DNA of 64,000 nucleotides from Nitrospinaceae bacterium (GTDB taxonomy: Bacteria; Nitrospinota; Nitrospinia; Nitrospinales; Nitrospinaceae). The notes below the pieces were generated by a model. It was not told the DNA's origin, ran no database searches, and was given only the letters and a program-made list of their open reading frames with translations. Both the position numbers and the translations under genes were made by a program. Where the stretch lies: NCBI GenBank assembly GCA_965223665.1, contig OZ245011.1, positions 3,904,001 to 3,968,000 on the forward strand. The letters run 5' to 3'. Below are positions 41,181-51,332 of this stretch, one piece after another; the stretch's first letter is position 1; every line of letters begins with the position of its first letter.

Positions 41181-41465
41181 TTATAATATTTGCGGGACTT
41201 CGTAATGCCCCTTGTCCGATTTTGGTGCTAACGAAAGTAAATCGTCGTTAAGAGGTTGAGATCTTGGTAAATCTTCGCGAAGGACATTGTTAATTTGCAA
41301 CACATGGGATGTTGGATGAACCTGGTCGGTGTTTAATTCGTTTAATTGGTTTATGTATTCCAAAATTTTTTGGAATTGTAACCCCATTCTTTCCTTCTCG
41401 GATTCTGTAAGTTGGAGTCTAGCTAAAAGAGCTACTTTTTCAATGTCGAACTTAGGAGTTTCCAT
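41181..41465 (-). CDS. gatC: Asp/Glu-tRNA amidotransferase subunit C
   Basis: VALLARL, LNELNT..V.PTSH, LRED and VPQI; adjacent to gatA. Confidence 0.95.
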   Translation of the reverse strand: METPKFDIEKVALLARLQLTESEKERMGLQFQKILEYINQLNELNTDQVHPTSHVLQINNVLREDLPRSQPLNDDLLSLAPKSDKGHYEVPQIL

Positions 41466-41572
41466 TTTTATTCACGTTGTATTTTTTAATTAAAGGAAAA
41501 AATAATAATTTATCAATATCAGAAAACCTGGATGTTTTAAAAAAATACAATTATTAAATAAAATAAGTTTTT

Positions 41573-41788
41573 TTAGGATTTATCCTCTGACTTTTTCTTT
41601 TGGGCTTTTTCTTGCTTTTTCTTTTCCATGTATTCAATTTTTCCTACTTTACGGGTAAGCCGCTTATAATGTTTCCGGATTTTTCTTACTTCGGAATCAT
41701 ATTTGTTTTCTCCAGCATTATTTTTAACCTCGGCTAATTTTTCTCCTGATTTTTTGATATGTTCCTTTAATTTTTCCAATGTGGCCAT
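41573..41788 (-). CDS. Small Lys/Arg-rich helical hypothetical protein
   Basis: 71-aa ORF with AAGGA RBS, co-oriented with neighbours. Confidence 0.65.
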   Translation of the reverse strand: MATLEKLKEHIKKSGEKLAEVKNNAGENKYDSEVRKIRKHYKRLTRKVGKIEYMEKKKQEKAQKKKSEDKS

Positions 41789-41932
41789 AAATCGAATCCT
41801 TTGAGCAAAGTTTTAATGAAAACTTTGTTTTATACCAAAAATTTTTGGGTATCTCAATTAAGAAAATTTGAGCCTCAATCACATTTATCCATTTTTTAAG
41901 GATTGGCAAATATCCTTTTTTGCTATCGCCTG

Positions 41933-43216
41933 TTACTTTTTCTTTTTGGATTTTTTATATTTTTCCCAAACCATGACGCAATTTCTTCCATGGTCTTTGG
42001 CATTATAAAGTGCCTGGTCAGCCAATTTAATGACTTCCTCAGGGTTTTGGTGGTCATTTTCGGGACTTGCCAAGCCTATGCTCACGGTGATTTGAATTTT
42101 TCTTTTGGAGCGGTTTTTCATTTTAGATGGATTATTGTTATTGGATTTGCGTGTTTTTTTCGGGGAACGGTTTTTATATTTTTGGGCTTCTAATTTACGG
42201 CGAACTTTATTAGCCCAGGGAAATGCATCTTCTCCGCTCACTCCTTCGAAAACTGCGCAAAATTCCTCTCCCCCATAACGGTATACTTTTTGACCCAATT
42301 CGGAATCCAAAGTTTCTGCAACGATTTGTAAAACATTGTCTCCTTCATCATGTCCGTATGTATCGTTGAAAGATTTAAAATGGTCAATGTCTATCATGGC
42401 AATAGCATATTCTCCATGAAGGCTGCGAAGATACTCATCTAAGGCTCGGCGATTTGAAATATTGGTTAATTCATCCAAATACACTCTTTGCCAGTACATA
42501 CGGAATATGGTGTGAAGTTGAATTCCGCATAGGGCTGCTAAGGCAATTATTGGAAGAATTGATGATTTTGAAGGGGATAGGGAAGAGGTGGTGACTGCAT
42601 GAATCAAATATAAGAAGGGAATCTGACCTATGCAGTTGGCAATTACATAGGGTTTAATTCGTTTGTCTTCATAAGAAAGAGTTTCCAATAAAAATATAAT
42701 TGAACCTAAAATGGCCAACTGTGGGAATCCTAAGTTGAGGGATAAGGAGACCATTTCCCATTCTACTAACAAATTAAATTCGTTCGTTGCTGTTGTTTGC
42801 CAAATCATTAAAAGCGGGATCGGCAAAATCACCAATACGAGCTTCAAAAAGTTAAGAACATTTGTCCAGCGATTTTCTTTTAATCTAAAAATGAGTGCAA
42901 GTGATAAAGGAAAACCAAGACTAAAGATTTGGCAAATTTCTTTTTGACTTAATCCCCAGAAACTAAGAGTGGACGGATTGAATATAATGAAATAAATAAT
43001 AGATTGAAAAAATGAGGCGATTAGGATTCTTTTTTGATTGAGTCGCCAACCCAAAACTCCCATGAGCCCCAGGGTTAGAAAAAAAGGGATAGGAAACCAA
43101 AAATATAGATCGGGGTTATTTAGAGTTTGATGGGTTACTGGCGCAAAATATTCCCAAAGAAATGGCAATGCTACTAAGCCTAAATAGGCGAAATAAATAT
43201 TTCTTTTAAATTCCAT
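41933..43216 (-). CDS. Membrane-bound diguanylate cyclase
   Basis: About 8 TM helices, DELTNISNRR, DIDHFKSFNDTYGHDEGD and YRYGGEEF; no RxxD I-site. Confidence 0.93.
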   Translation of the reverse strand: MEFKRNIYFAYLGLVALPFLWEYFAPVTHQTLNNPDLYFWFPIPFFLTLGLMGVLGWRLNQKRILIASFFQSIIYFIIFNPSTLSFWGLSQKEICQIFSLGFPLSLALIFRLKENRWTNVLNFLKLVLVILPIPLLMIWQTTATNEFNLLVEWEMVSLSLNLGFPQLAILGSIIFLLETLSYEDKRIKPYVIANCIGQIPFLYLIHAVTTSSLSPSKSSILPIIALAALCGIQLHTIFRMYWQRVYLDELTNISNRRALDEYLRSLHGEYAIAMIDIDHFKSFNDTYGHDEGDNVLQIVAETLDSELGQKVYRYGGEEFCAVFEGVSGEDAFPWANKVRRKLEAQKYKNRSPKKTRKSNNNNPSKMKNRSKRKIQITVSIGLASPENDHQNPEEVIKLADQALYNAKDHGRNCVMVWEKYKKSKKKK

Positions 43217-43349
43217 TCAGGCTTCCTAATTGAAAAGATGAACGAAGACCTATTGACCTCAAGGCAAAAAACAGGTTAGCAGTTTTTTTTATTAAAATAA
43301 ACTGTAAGTGTAAATTTATTATGGTTTTGAATTTTTTATTTTGGGGAAA

Positions 43350-45968
43350 CTATAAGTTGCTGTGTGCGAATATTCTGTGATTATGTCCGTTGGTATTTAC
43401 ACATAGGGCGCCCTGCTGATCGGTTCGCCAAACATTGATATTAGATTCTTTATATCTCTCAATAATTTCTGGATGAGGGTGATGAAAGGGGTTATTAAGA
43501 CCACTTGATATTAGTACATCTTTTGGGTTCACCGCATCCAAAAAAGCTTGAGAGCTAGAAAATTTACTCCCATGATGGGGGGCCTTTAGAATTTGTGCTT
43601 TCAAATTGATCTGTTGATTAATTAAATAAGATTCTTCTTTACTAGTGATATCACCAGACAGTAAAAAACGGACATCTTTAAATTGTACAAGGACAATCCA
43701 TGAATGTTGGTTGCTAATTCTTTCAATGGATGGGTATTTTTCAATAAAGTGTTTAGAAGGATGTAATAATTTTATTTTTACTTCTCCAACAGATAAGATT
43801 GCGTTGGGTTCTAATGAAACTATTTGTGTTCCTTTTGTTTTTAATGTGGCTTTTAAGTTTTTTAACCGAGGATCTTCATGTTGATGAAAACGTGTTAAAT
43901 ATTTTTTTATTGGAAAATAATTTATTAAAGATTCTAATCCGGCTATATGATCATTATCTGAATGAGTAGCTCCAAAATAATCAATCTTCGATATTCCCCG
44001 ATTCCATAGAAAAGGTGCTAAGACGACCTTACCAACGTCTAAACTATTTTTATAATAGCCTCCACCGTCTAATAAAATAACTTTATGGTCTGGAGTTTCA
44101 ATAAAAATGGATTCCCCTTGACCAACATCTAAAAGGCACAGGTCCAATTCATTAGTATGGAAATTTGGAAAACGTGGCCAACATAACCAAATAAATACTC
44201 CAGATATACAAAAAATAAAACCGATTGATTCAAAAAACTTGCGATTAAAAATTCCTATTGAAGACTGCTTTGATTTTGAAATTAAAGTTAACTTATTTTG
44301 CAGAAACGTGTTTGATCTATTTGACCATTGTTCAGGTGGTTGAGATTTCTTAATTTCCTGTTGTCGAAGAATCCATAATGGGAACCCGAATAAAACTATG
44401 TAATATAATATTGGCCAAAATTCGGGAGGAGTGGATACATAAGTAGAAGAGAAGGAAATTTTTTGTGCTTCTTGAGGTATGTGAATGAAAATTTGGGTTA
44501 GCAGGTTTACAAGCGGCATGAAAACTGAAGCCAAAGGTTCCCAGAAAAAACTTAGAAAACAAGACAAAAAAGCGAAGGGAATTAAAAACGAGGCTAAGGG
44601 AATGAATAAAATATTAAGGAAGATTCCTAAGAAGCTGATTTGATTAAAAAAGAAAATGGAAATGGGCAAAACTCCTAAAACTGCTGGTAAAGAAACCATG
44701 GTCGTGCTTGAAATCAATTCAATTGTCCAATGATTGCGAAACCGAGAGTCTCTACGGATAAAAGGAAGACGCTTATACCAAGGAATATCTCCCATCCAAT
44801 CAATGGAATCTCCATTAAGAGGATAGACAATTTGTATATAAAATAAAATTGTGAAAACAGCCATAAATGAAAGCTGGAATCCGGGCGTCAACACTGAATA
44901 AGGATTTATCAATAAAATTATAAAAGCTGCTAGAAGTAGGGCATTGAATAAATTTTGCTTTCTATTAATTAGAAACGAGATGAGGACAAAAATTACCATC
45001 AAACCTGCGCGAATAGCTGAAACTTTTGCTCCTACTAAACCCATGTAAAGTCCCACCGGGATCAGGGTAAGAATGGCTGTTATTTTTTTTGCAAGACCAC
45101 TCCTTGCGGAAAGTGGCAGGAATCGAACTAACAATTTAAAGCAAAGAGGATAAAAAAGAAAATAGGTGGCCCCAGCTATAAATCCAATATGTAATCCGGA
45201 AACTGCCAATAAATGTGCCAAGCCAGATGTAATGTAGGCCTGTTTTAATTTATCCTCCAAGAATTGTTTTTCTCCCAATATCATGGCTTTAATAATGGAA
45301 GCAGGAACTTTAGTTAAATATTTATCTAAAAGATGATGCAGTTTCTCTTTTAATGAAATAAAAGCTTGGGCAAAGACATTGGGTTCCTCAAAATTTAGTT
45401 TTTCAATGTTCTTTGACTTCGAAATTCCTCCAATAACATCGATTCCTTTTGAGCGAAGATAAAGTTTGTAATCTAATCGTCCGGGGTTTTTGAAATTTCT
45501 GGGAACTTTTAATCGAATTTTAGAGACTTTAAGTCTATCTCCTAATCGGACAGCCAGATCTGTGTTGTACAAGGTTATTTGTGCAACTCCTGATGTGCTT
45601 AATGGAGGTTCTTCATACTGTATGGTTTCCAGGTTTAAAGTGAATTGAATTTTGTCTTCGTGTTTAATGGGATATTTGGAAATCGTTCCTGTGACTATTG
45701 ATCGTTTTTTTTCTTGAAGAATTTTAAGAATATGATTTTTAGGTCGGATTGTTTCTTCTAAAAAGGGGTGTAAAATACCCCAACTCAAAAGACTTAAAAA
45801 GACAATGAAACGCCAAATGGTAATTCTCCCCGTTTTAAAAAATGCCCAAAACCCTACCGCGATTGCTGAGATTGGGAGGAAAAAAGGGAAAAGAAATTCT
45901 TTTGATCCTGGAAATGATGCTAATACTCCAGAAACTAATGCAAGGAAATAAGGCAGAAGAGGGGGCAT
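43350..45968 (-). CDS. comEC: DNA internalization competence protein ComEC/Rec2
   Basis: OB domain, HLLAVSGLHIG, FQLSF, DVGQGES, THSDNDH, APHHGS and WRTDQQG. Confidence 0.95.
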   Translation of the reverse strand: MPPLLPYFLALVSGVLASFPGSKEFLFPFFLPISAIAVGFWAFFKTGRITIWRFIVFLSLLSWGILHPFLEETIRPKNHILKILQEKKRSIVTGTISKYPIKHEDKIQFTLNLETIQYEEPPLSTSGVAQITLYNTDLAVRLGDRLKVSKIRLKVPRNFKNPGRLDYKLYLRSKGIDVIGGISKSKNIEKLNFEEPNVFAQAFISLKEKLHHLLDKYLTKVPASIIKAMILGEKQFLEDKLKQAYITSGLAHLLAVSGLHIGFIAGATYFLFYPLCFKLLVRFLPLSARSGLAKKITAILTLIPVGLYMGLVGAKVSAIRAGLMVIFVLISFLINRKQNLFNALLLAAFIILLINPYSVLTPGFQLSFMAVFTILFYIQIVYPLNGDSIDWMGDIPWYKRLPFIRRDSRFRNHWTIELISSTTMVSLPAVLGVLPISIFFFNQISFLGIFLNILFIPLASFLIPFAFLSCFLSFFWEPLASVFMPLVNLLTQIFIHIPQEAQKISFSSTYVSTPPEFWPILYYIVLFGFPLWILRQQEIKKSQPPEQWSNRSNTFLQNKLTLISKSKQSSIGIFNRKFFESIGFIFCISGVFIWLCWPRFPNFHTNELDLCLLDVGQGESIFIETPDHKVILLDGGGYYKNSLDVGKVVLAPFLWNRGISKIDYFGATHSDNDHIAGLESLINYFPIKKYLTRFHQHEDPRLKNLKATLKTKGTQIVSLEPNAILSVGEVKIKLLHPSKHFIEKYPSIERISNQHSWIVLVQFKDVRFLLSGDITSKEESYLINQQINLKAQILKAPHHGSKFSSSQAFLDAVNPKDVLISSGLNNPFHHPHPEIIERYKESNINVWRTDQQGALCVNTNGHNHRIFAHSNL

Positions 45969-45991
45969 AGCCAAAAAATTTCAAAAGGAAT

Positions 45992-48109
45992 TCATTTTTT
46001 TGAAACCAAGGATAAGTCAATATGTTTTTTTGAAAGATCTACTTTAACTACACGGACTTTAACCTGGTCTCCAATGCGAAAAGTTTTGTGTGTATGTTGA
46101 CCTTTTAGCAGGTGCTCATGTTCGTAATAAACATAATAGTCATCCTGTAAAGTTGAAACATGGACCATTCCTTCAATAAAAATGTTTTCAAGTTCAACAA
46201 AAAACCCAAATTGTGCCACATTAGATATGGAACCCTTATAAATTTCACCCAGGCGATCGGCCATATATTGTGCTCGCCTTAAATCCTGGATTTCTCGCTC
46301 TAAGCTCTGGGCTTTTATTTCACGGTCCGAGGATTGCTTAGCATACTCAATGGTCCGGGGCATTATTTTTTTTCTTTCCCTTATGGAACATTTCTTTTTG
46401 GTTAAATAGGTTTTTACCATCCGATGTGTAATTAAATCAGGGTAGCGTCGAATAGGAGAAGTAAAGTGTGTGTAATGTTCAAACCCTAAACAGAAATGTC
46501 CTGGGTCTTCATTCGAGTAGATGGCTTTTTTCATGGTTCGCAATAAAAGGGTATTGAACATTTTTTCTTCGGGTCGATTTTTTGTTTTTTTTAATAATTG
46601 GTGTAGAGAAGTGGATTTGATATTGCGAGTTGAGGGAAGACGGTAGCCAAAATCTTTTATAAATTCATTAAAACGAAATAATTTGTCTTCATCCGGAGGT
46701 TCATGAACTCTATGAATCCCGGGTATATTTTTTTTGTCCAAATATTGAGCAATAATTTGGTTTGCGATTAGCATAAATTCTTCAATTAATTCATGGGCGG
46801 AATTATGTTCCGCTTTAAAAATTTTTTCAACATTTCCTTTGGGCCCCAAAATGATTTCCGGTTCAGGAATATTAAAGTCCACACTGCCCGATCGAAAACG
46901 CAATTTTCTTAGAGATTGACTTAACGCATGGCAATTTTTTAAGGTAGGTAATACATTCAAGAACTCCCCATGGGGATCCCCTTCCTCTAGAAGGCGAGCA
47001 ACTTGTGTGTAGGTGAATCTATATTTACTTTCAATAACCGCTGGATAAATTTCATAATCTAAGATTTTTCCTTTGGGAGTGATCAATACGGACAGACTTA
47101 GAGTCAATCGCTCCACTCCGGATTTAAGACTGCAAATGTCATTTGTTAGTTCAAAAGGAAGCATCGGAATTACACCGTCAGCAAAATAAATACTGGTACC
47201 TCTTTCAAAAGCTTCTAGGTCAATAGCGCTTCCCTCTTTTACAAAGTGACTGACATCTGCTATATGAATACCCAATCTGTAATTATTTCCTTCTAGCTCT
47301 AATGAAATTGCATCATCAAAGTCTTTTGCACGTTCTCCATCGATGGTAAAGATCAACTCTTTGGTAAGATCTCTACGTAATTTTTTTTCTTCATTGGAAA
47401 TCACAGTTGAAATCTGTTTTACTTCTTTTAAGGCTTTTGGCGGGAACTCTGGGTCGATATTATGCTTATGAAAAATTAATCGAAGTTCTGCTTCTGGGTC
47501 GTCTTTATTCCCAAGGACTTGAATGACACGTCCGACGGGAGGATTATGTTTGGTGGGATAATCTAATATCTCAATTTTTACCAATTGGCCGGGTTTAGCC
47601 CTTTTTTTTTCCTTTCCCGGAATAAAGATATCTTGAAAATATTTAGGATCAGAGGGGGTCACCCAACCGTCTCTTCCAAGGGGCTCAAATAAACCCACAA
47701 GTCCCAAGGTTTTTCGCTGAAGTACTCGAATCACACGCCCTTCAGGACGGCTGAACCTGGTATTTTTATTTTCAATTCGAGTAAGAACGATATCCCCATG
47801 CATAGCCCCACCGATTTTTTGTTTGCCTATAAATATATCCTCGTCCCCATATTCTTGTATTACAAAACCATATCCATCCGGATGTCCTTGAAGAGTGCCC
47901 GTCACTAAATTCATTTCACTCGGCAAACCGTAGCGTCCTCCTCGAAGCTTAACTAAAGAACCCTCGGTTGCAAGATATTTTACGATTCTGCGAAATTCTC
48001 TTCGCTGGGTTTCTGGAATAGAAAATAATTTCATCAACTCTGAGAATTTCATGGGACGATTGGCTTTTTCTTTCATTAGTTTTAAAATTTTGTCTTCGTT
48101 TATTTCCAT
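45992..48109 (-). CDS. rnr: Ribonuclease R
   Basis: HTH, GHPDGYGF, TIDGERAKDFDDA, IEEFMLIAN, HFTSPIRRYPDL and S1 domain. Confidence 0.96.
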   Translation of the reverse strand: MEINEDKILKLMKEKANRPMKFSELMKLFSIPETQRREFRRIVKYLATEGSLVKLRGGRYGLPSEMNLVTGTLQGHPDGYGFVIQEYGDEDIFIGKQKIGGAMHGDIVLTRIENKNTRFSRPEGRVIRVLQRKTLGLVGLFEPLGRDGWVTPSDPKYFQDIFIPGKEKKRAKPGQLVKIEILDYPTKHNPPVGRVIQVLGNKDDPEAELRLIFHKHNIDPEFPPKALKEVKQISTVISNEEKKLRRDLTKELIFTIDGERAKDFDDAISLELEGNNYRLGIHIADVSHFVKEGSAIDLEAFERGTSIYFADGVIPMLPFELTNDICSLKSGVERLTLSLSVLITPKGKILDYEIYPAVIESKYRFTYTQVARLLEEGDPHGEFLNVLPTLKNCHALSQSLRKLRFRSGSVDFNIPEPEIILGPKGNVEKIFKAEHNSAHELIEEFMLIANQIIAQYLDKKNIPGIHRVHEPPDEDKLFRFNEFIKDFGYRLPSTRNIKSTSLHQLLKKTKNRPEEKMFNTLLLRTMKKAIYSNEDPGHFCLGFEHYTHFTSPIRRYPDLITHRMVKTYLTKKKCSIRERKKIMPRTIEYAKQSSDREIKAQSLEREIQDLRRAQYMADRLGEIYKGSISNVAQFGFFVELENIFIEGMVHVSTLQDDYYVYYEHEHLLKGQHTHKTFRIGDQVKVRVVKVDLSKKHIDLSLVSKK

Positions 48110-48304
48110 GGGAAGTCCTGATTTGAAAATCGATTTTTTTAAGAAAAATTCAGTTTATTGATTAAAGAATGTCAATTAAGGCTAATAATGAATTGGAAAA
48201 TAGTTGCTTGCCTGCCAACGGAGCATTTTGCTTTTTTAAATTAAGTAACTTATAATTCCTCCTTAGATTTATAGCACGAGAATTAACTTTAGAATATTCC
48301 TGAA

Positions 48305-50395
48305 ATGAAAATTTATTTAGATTGGTTAAAAAAATATGTAGACCACGGTCTGAATGTGGACGAATTGAGCCATCGTCTTACGATGGGGGGGTTGGAGCTG
48401 GAAGGACTGGAAACTGTTGAGCTTGGAAACGGCCGTCAAGCAGAGGTTATGGAGCTTAATGTAACGCCTAATCGAGGATACTGCTTGAGTCACAGGGGAG
48501 TAGCCCGTGAAGTAAGTGCCTTAACGGGAAAACCTTTTAAATCTGACGAATCCAATGTAGATTTAAAAAATGCTATGGGAAACACTTCGGTGGAAGATAG
48601 GATCTCAGTAGAGATCCAAGAAGACTATTTATGCCCACGTTACTCTGCATTAGTAATTGATAATGTGAGTCCTGGTGATTCCCCCCAATGGTTAAAGGAT
48701 TGTTTGTTGGCGGTAGGATTGCGGCCCATCAACAATATTGTTGATATCACAAACTATATTTTAATGGAGTATGGTCAACCTCTGCATGCCTTCGATCGTT
48801 CCTTTTTATCAGGAGCAAAAATCATTGTTAGGAGGGCAAAGCAGAACGAATCTTTCACAAGTTTAGATGGTACTGAATTAAAATTGCAATCGGATGCTCT
48901 GGTTATCGCAGATTCTGAAAAACCTGTTGCTTTAGCCGGAATAATGGGTGGGGCAAATAGTCATGTTACTTTAGATACAAAATCTGTAGTTTTAGAAAGT
49001 GCATATTTTGACCCAATTGCTATTAGAAAAGCTTCTAAAAAATACAATTTAAGATCTGACTCTTCTTACCGTTTTGAAAGAGGTGTTGATATTGAAGCAG
49101 TGATATCGGCCCAATCACGCGCAGCGTTAATGATTCAAGAGTTGGCGGGCGGAGAAATTTGTCTTGGCCGTGTTGATGTGTATCCAAATCCTAAAACAAA
49201 AACTCGAATATTATTTAGGATCTCTCGCGCGAATCAATTAATTGGAATTTCTTTGGCACCAGATAAAATTTTAAATTATTTAAATTCAATTGGTATTGTG
49301 GTGACGGAAAAGAAAACCGAGGATGAGTTTCTTTTGGAGATCCCTTATTCTCGCACAGATTTGGAAAGGGAAATTGATCTAATTGAAGAAGTAGTTCGGC
49401 TTCACGGGTACGGAAATATCCCTGTAACCACTCCAAAAGGATCTTTGACCTCTGCCGCTTTAAATGAGGATCAAAGTAGAATTAGAGAATTGATTAGAGT
49501 AATGGAGTTTTCAGGCTTTTTAGAATCGGTAAACTTTAGTTTTATTGAAAGTAGTAGTGCAGAGGAATTTTTAGGTGCCTTTTCTGATCTTAAAGTAGAA
49601 ACGATTCCTCTTAAAAATCCTATTAGTTCTGAGATGGGGACCATGCGCACCAGTTTGTTGCCAGGATTAATTAAAGCAGCGGCAAAAAACTTGAACCATG
49701 GCCAAAAAACGGTTCGTTTATTTGAGCAGGGAAATGTTTTTTTTCGAAATGGTGACAACTTGTCAAAGGAAATTCCATGCCTTGCGGGATTAATTGTAGG
49801 TCCATATTTTGATGATTTATGGAAGTCGACCGGGAAGCTACATGACTTCTTTGATATGAAGGGTATTGTTGAAAATTTGGTAAAAAGCTTAAGGCTGGAT
49901 TTGACTTTTAGCCCTGCAAATAAACCCTTTTTAGTTTCAGGGCAATCAGTGGATTGTAGGGTTGGTAACGATTTAATAGGATTCTGTGGTTTGTTGAATC
50001 CTAAGACTATTCAAAAAATGGAATTAGAGAAAGGGGCTTTTTGTTTTGAGTTAAATTTGGAGATTTTGCTTCAGGATGCTCCTAAAAAAATAAAATTTGA
50101 ACCGATACCTAAATATCCAGAGACTTTGAGAGATATTTCAATACTGGTTAATAAATCGGTAAAATCCCAAACGGTAACTCAGTTGATAGAGAAAGTGGAC
50201 TCTCCTTTGCTCCATAGAGTTGAACTATATGATCAATTTGAGGGTAAAAAATTGGGGCCCGATAAAAAAAGTTTTACTTTTTCCCTAGCTTTTCAATCTT
50301 TAGAGAAAACCCTGACGGATGAGGAAGTTAATTCGGTATTTGATAAAATTGTTGCCTCTCTTTCAAAAGAGTTGGGGGCTTCGCTTAGAGATTGA
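48305..50395 (+). CDS. pheT: Phenylalanine--tRNA ligase beta subunit, short form
   Basis: TPNRG, RPINNIVDITNY, GQPLHAFD, SSYRFERG, DLIEEVVRLHGY, MRTSLLPGL and C-terminal FDX-ACB domain. Confidence 0.95.
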   Translation: MKIYLDWLKKYVDHGLNVDELSHRLTMGGLELEGLETVELGNGRQAEVMELNVTPNRGYCLSHRGVAREVSALTGKPFKSDESNVDLKNAMGNTSVEDRISVEIQEDYLCPRYSALVIDNVSPGDSPQWLKDCLLAVGLRPINNIVDITNYILMEYGQPLHAFDRSFLSGAKIIVRRAKQNESFTSLDGTELKLQSDALVIADSEKPVALAGIMGGANSHVTLDTKSVVLESAYFDPIAIRKASKKYNLRSDSSYRFERGVDIEAVISAQSRAALMIQELAGGEICLGRVDVYPNPKTKTRILFRISRANQLIGISLAPDKILNYLNSIGIVVTEKKTEDEFLLEIPYSRTDLEREIDLIEEVVRLHGYGNIPVTTPKGSLTSAALNEDQSRIRELIRVMEFSGFLESVNFSFIESSSAEEFLGAFSDLKVETIPLKNPISSEMGTMRTSLLPGLIKAAAKNLNHGQKTVRLFEQGNVFFRNGDNLSKEIPCLAGLIVGPYFDDLWKSTGKLHDFFDMKGIVENLVKSLRLDLTFSPANKPFLVSGQSVDCRVGNDLIGFCGLLNPKTIQKMELEKGAFCFELNLEILLQDAPKKIKFEPIPKYPETLRDISILVNKSVKSQTVTQLIEKVDSPLLHRVELYDQFEGKKLGPDKKSFTFSLAFQSLEKTLTDEEVNSVFDKIVASLSKELGASLRD

Positions 50396-50415
50396 TTAGC
50401 TTTTTGGCTGTTACA

Positions 50416-50444
50416 TTGACAGCCTTTGACCCTGGTGGTAGGAT
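50416..50444 (+). promoter_or_regulatory. Sigma-70 promoter immediately before the zapB-like start codon
   Basis: TTGACA-N17-TAGGAT with extended -10 TG; the ATG follows 6 nt later. Confidence 0.7.
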
Positions 50445-50450
50445 GGCCTC

Positions 50451-50741
50451 ATGACAACAAAAGGTATTGATAAATTAGAGGAATTAACGTCCCTTTTGGT
50501 AAAAGAATTACGCAGATTGCGTGAGGAAAACCATAAGTTAAAGGTAGAAAATGAATCCTTGCAAAGGGAACGTGATAGAATTTTAACTCAGGAAAAAACG
50601 ACTAAACAAGATTTGATAAATAGTTCGTACCAAGTAAAAAAACTTGAAAAATATTTTCAGCAAAACGAATTGGATAAAAATCAAATTCGCTCCAAAATTC
50701 AAAACTTACTCCAACAAATTGAGAACGCAGAATTTTCTTAA
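50451..50741 (+). CDS. ZapB-like coiled-coil cell division protein
   Basis: LEE...L..LREEN..L...IRSKIQNLL coiled coil; positioned before zapA. Confidence 0.75.
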   Translation: MTTKGIDKLEELTSLLVKELRRLREENHKLKVENESLQRERDRILTQEKTTKQDLINSSYQVKKLEKYFQQNELDKNQIRSKIQNLLQQIENAEFS

Positions 50742-50747
50742 TACCCC

Positions 50748-51071
50748 ATGAGCAAAAGCACTCAAATAACAATTAATGGGAAATTGTACAATGTTAAGGC
50801 AGGATCAGCTTCGACAAACATTCATGAATTAGCAGGATATGTAGACGATAAAATCCAACAAATTTCCCAGTCTTCTAGCAAGTTCTCCACAATTGACCTG
50901 GTAATTTTGGCAGCCTTAAATATCGCACAGGAAGTGTATGAAACAAGAAAACAGATTCAATCATTAGAGGAAAATCAAAATTCCTTTAATAAAGAAGACG
51001 AGCAGAAAATCTCTTTGATAAATCAACTATTAGAGAAAGAATTAGTTGAATTAAATAATGCTAAATCTTAG
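50748..51071 (+). CDS. zapA: Cell division protein ZapA
   Basis: ITINGKLY, LAGYVDDKI and ILAALNIA; syntenic with 6S RNA and the cyclo-ligase. Confidence 0.9.
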   Translation: MSKSTQITINGKLYNVKAGSASTNIHELAGYVDDKIQQISQSSSKFSTIDLVILAALNIAQEVYETRKQIQSLEENQNSFNKEDEQKISLINQLLEKELVELNNAKS

Positions 51072-51157
51072 GTTTTTAGTATTATACTAAGTATTAGATA
51101 GACCTTGAGCAGTAATTTGGGTTGTGTTAGGATGACCCAAATTTAAAAGTTAAAATG

Positions 51158-51332
51158 CTTCCCTGCGTTGCTCGAGTAAAAAGTCAATTCTTGAGCCAAC
51201 ATTAATTTTAGGGGTCTTAGAACTACTGTGGTGAGCATGCCTTGTAAAAGGAAGCCTTAAGCAGTAATCCATAGGTCCCACCTGTCCTTGGCAGGTTCAA
51301 AAAATGGTTTTTGCACGGCATCTGCGGGGAAG
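51158..51332 (+). ncRNA. ssrS: 6S RNA
   Basis: Closing stem CTTCCCTGCG / TGCGGGGAAG, internal TTGAGCC / GGTTCAA and CTACTG / GCAGTA pairings, about 175 nt, at the canonical position between zapA and the 5-formyl-THF cyclo-ligase. Confidence 0.88.
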
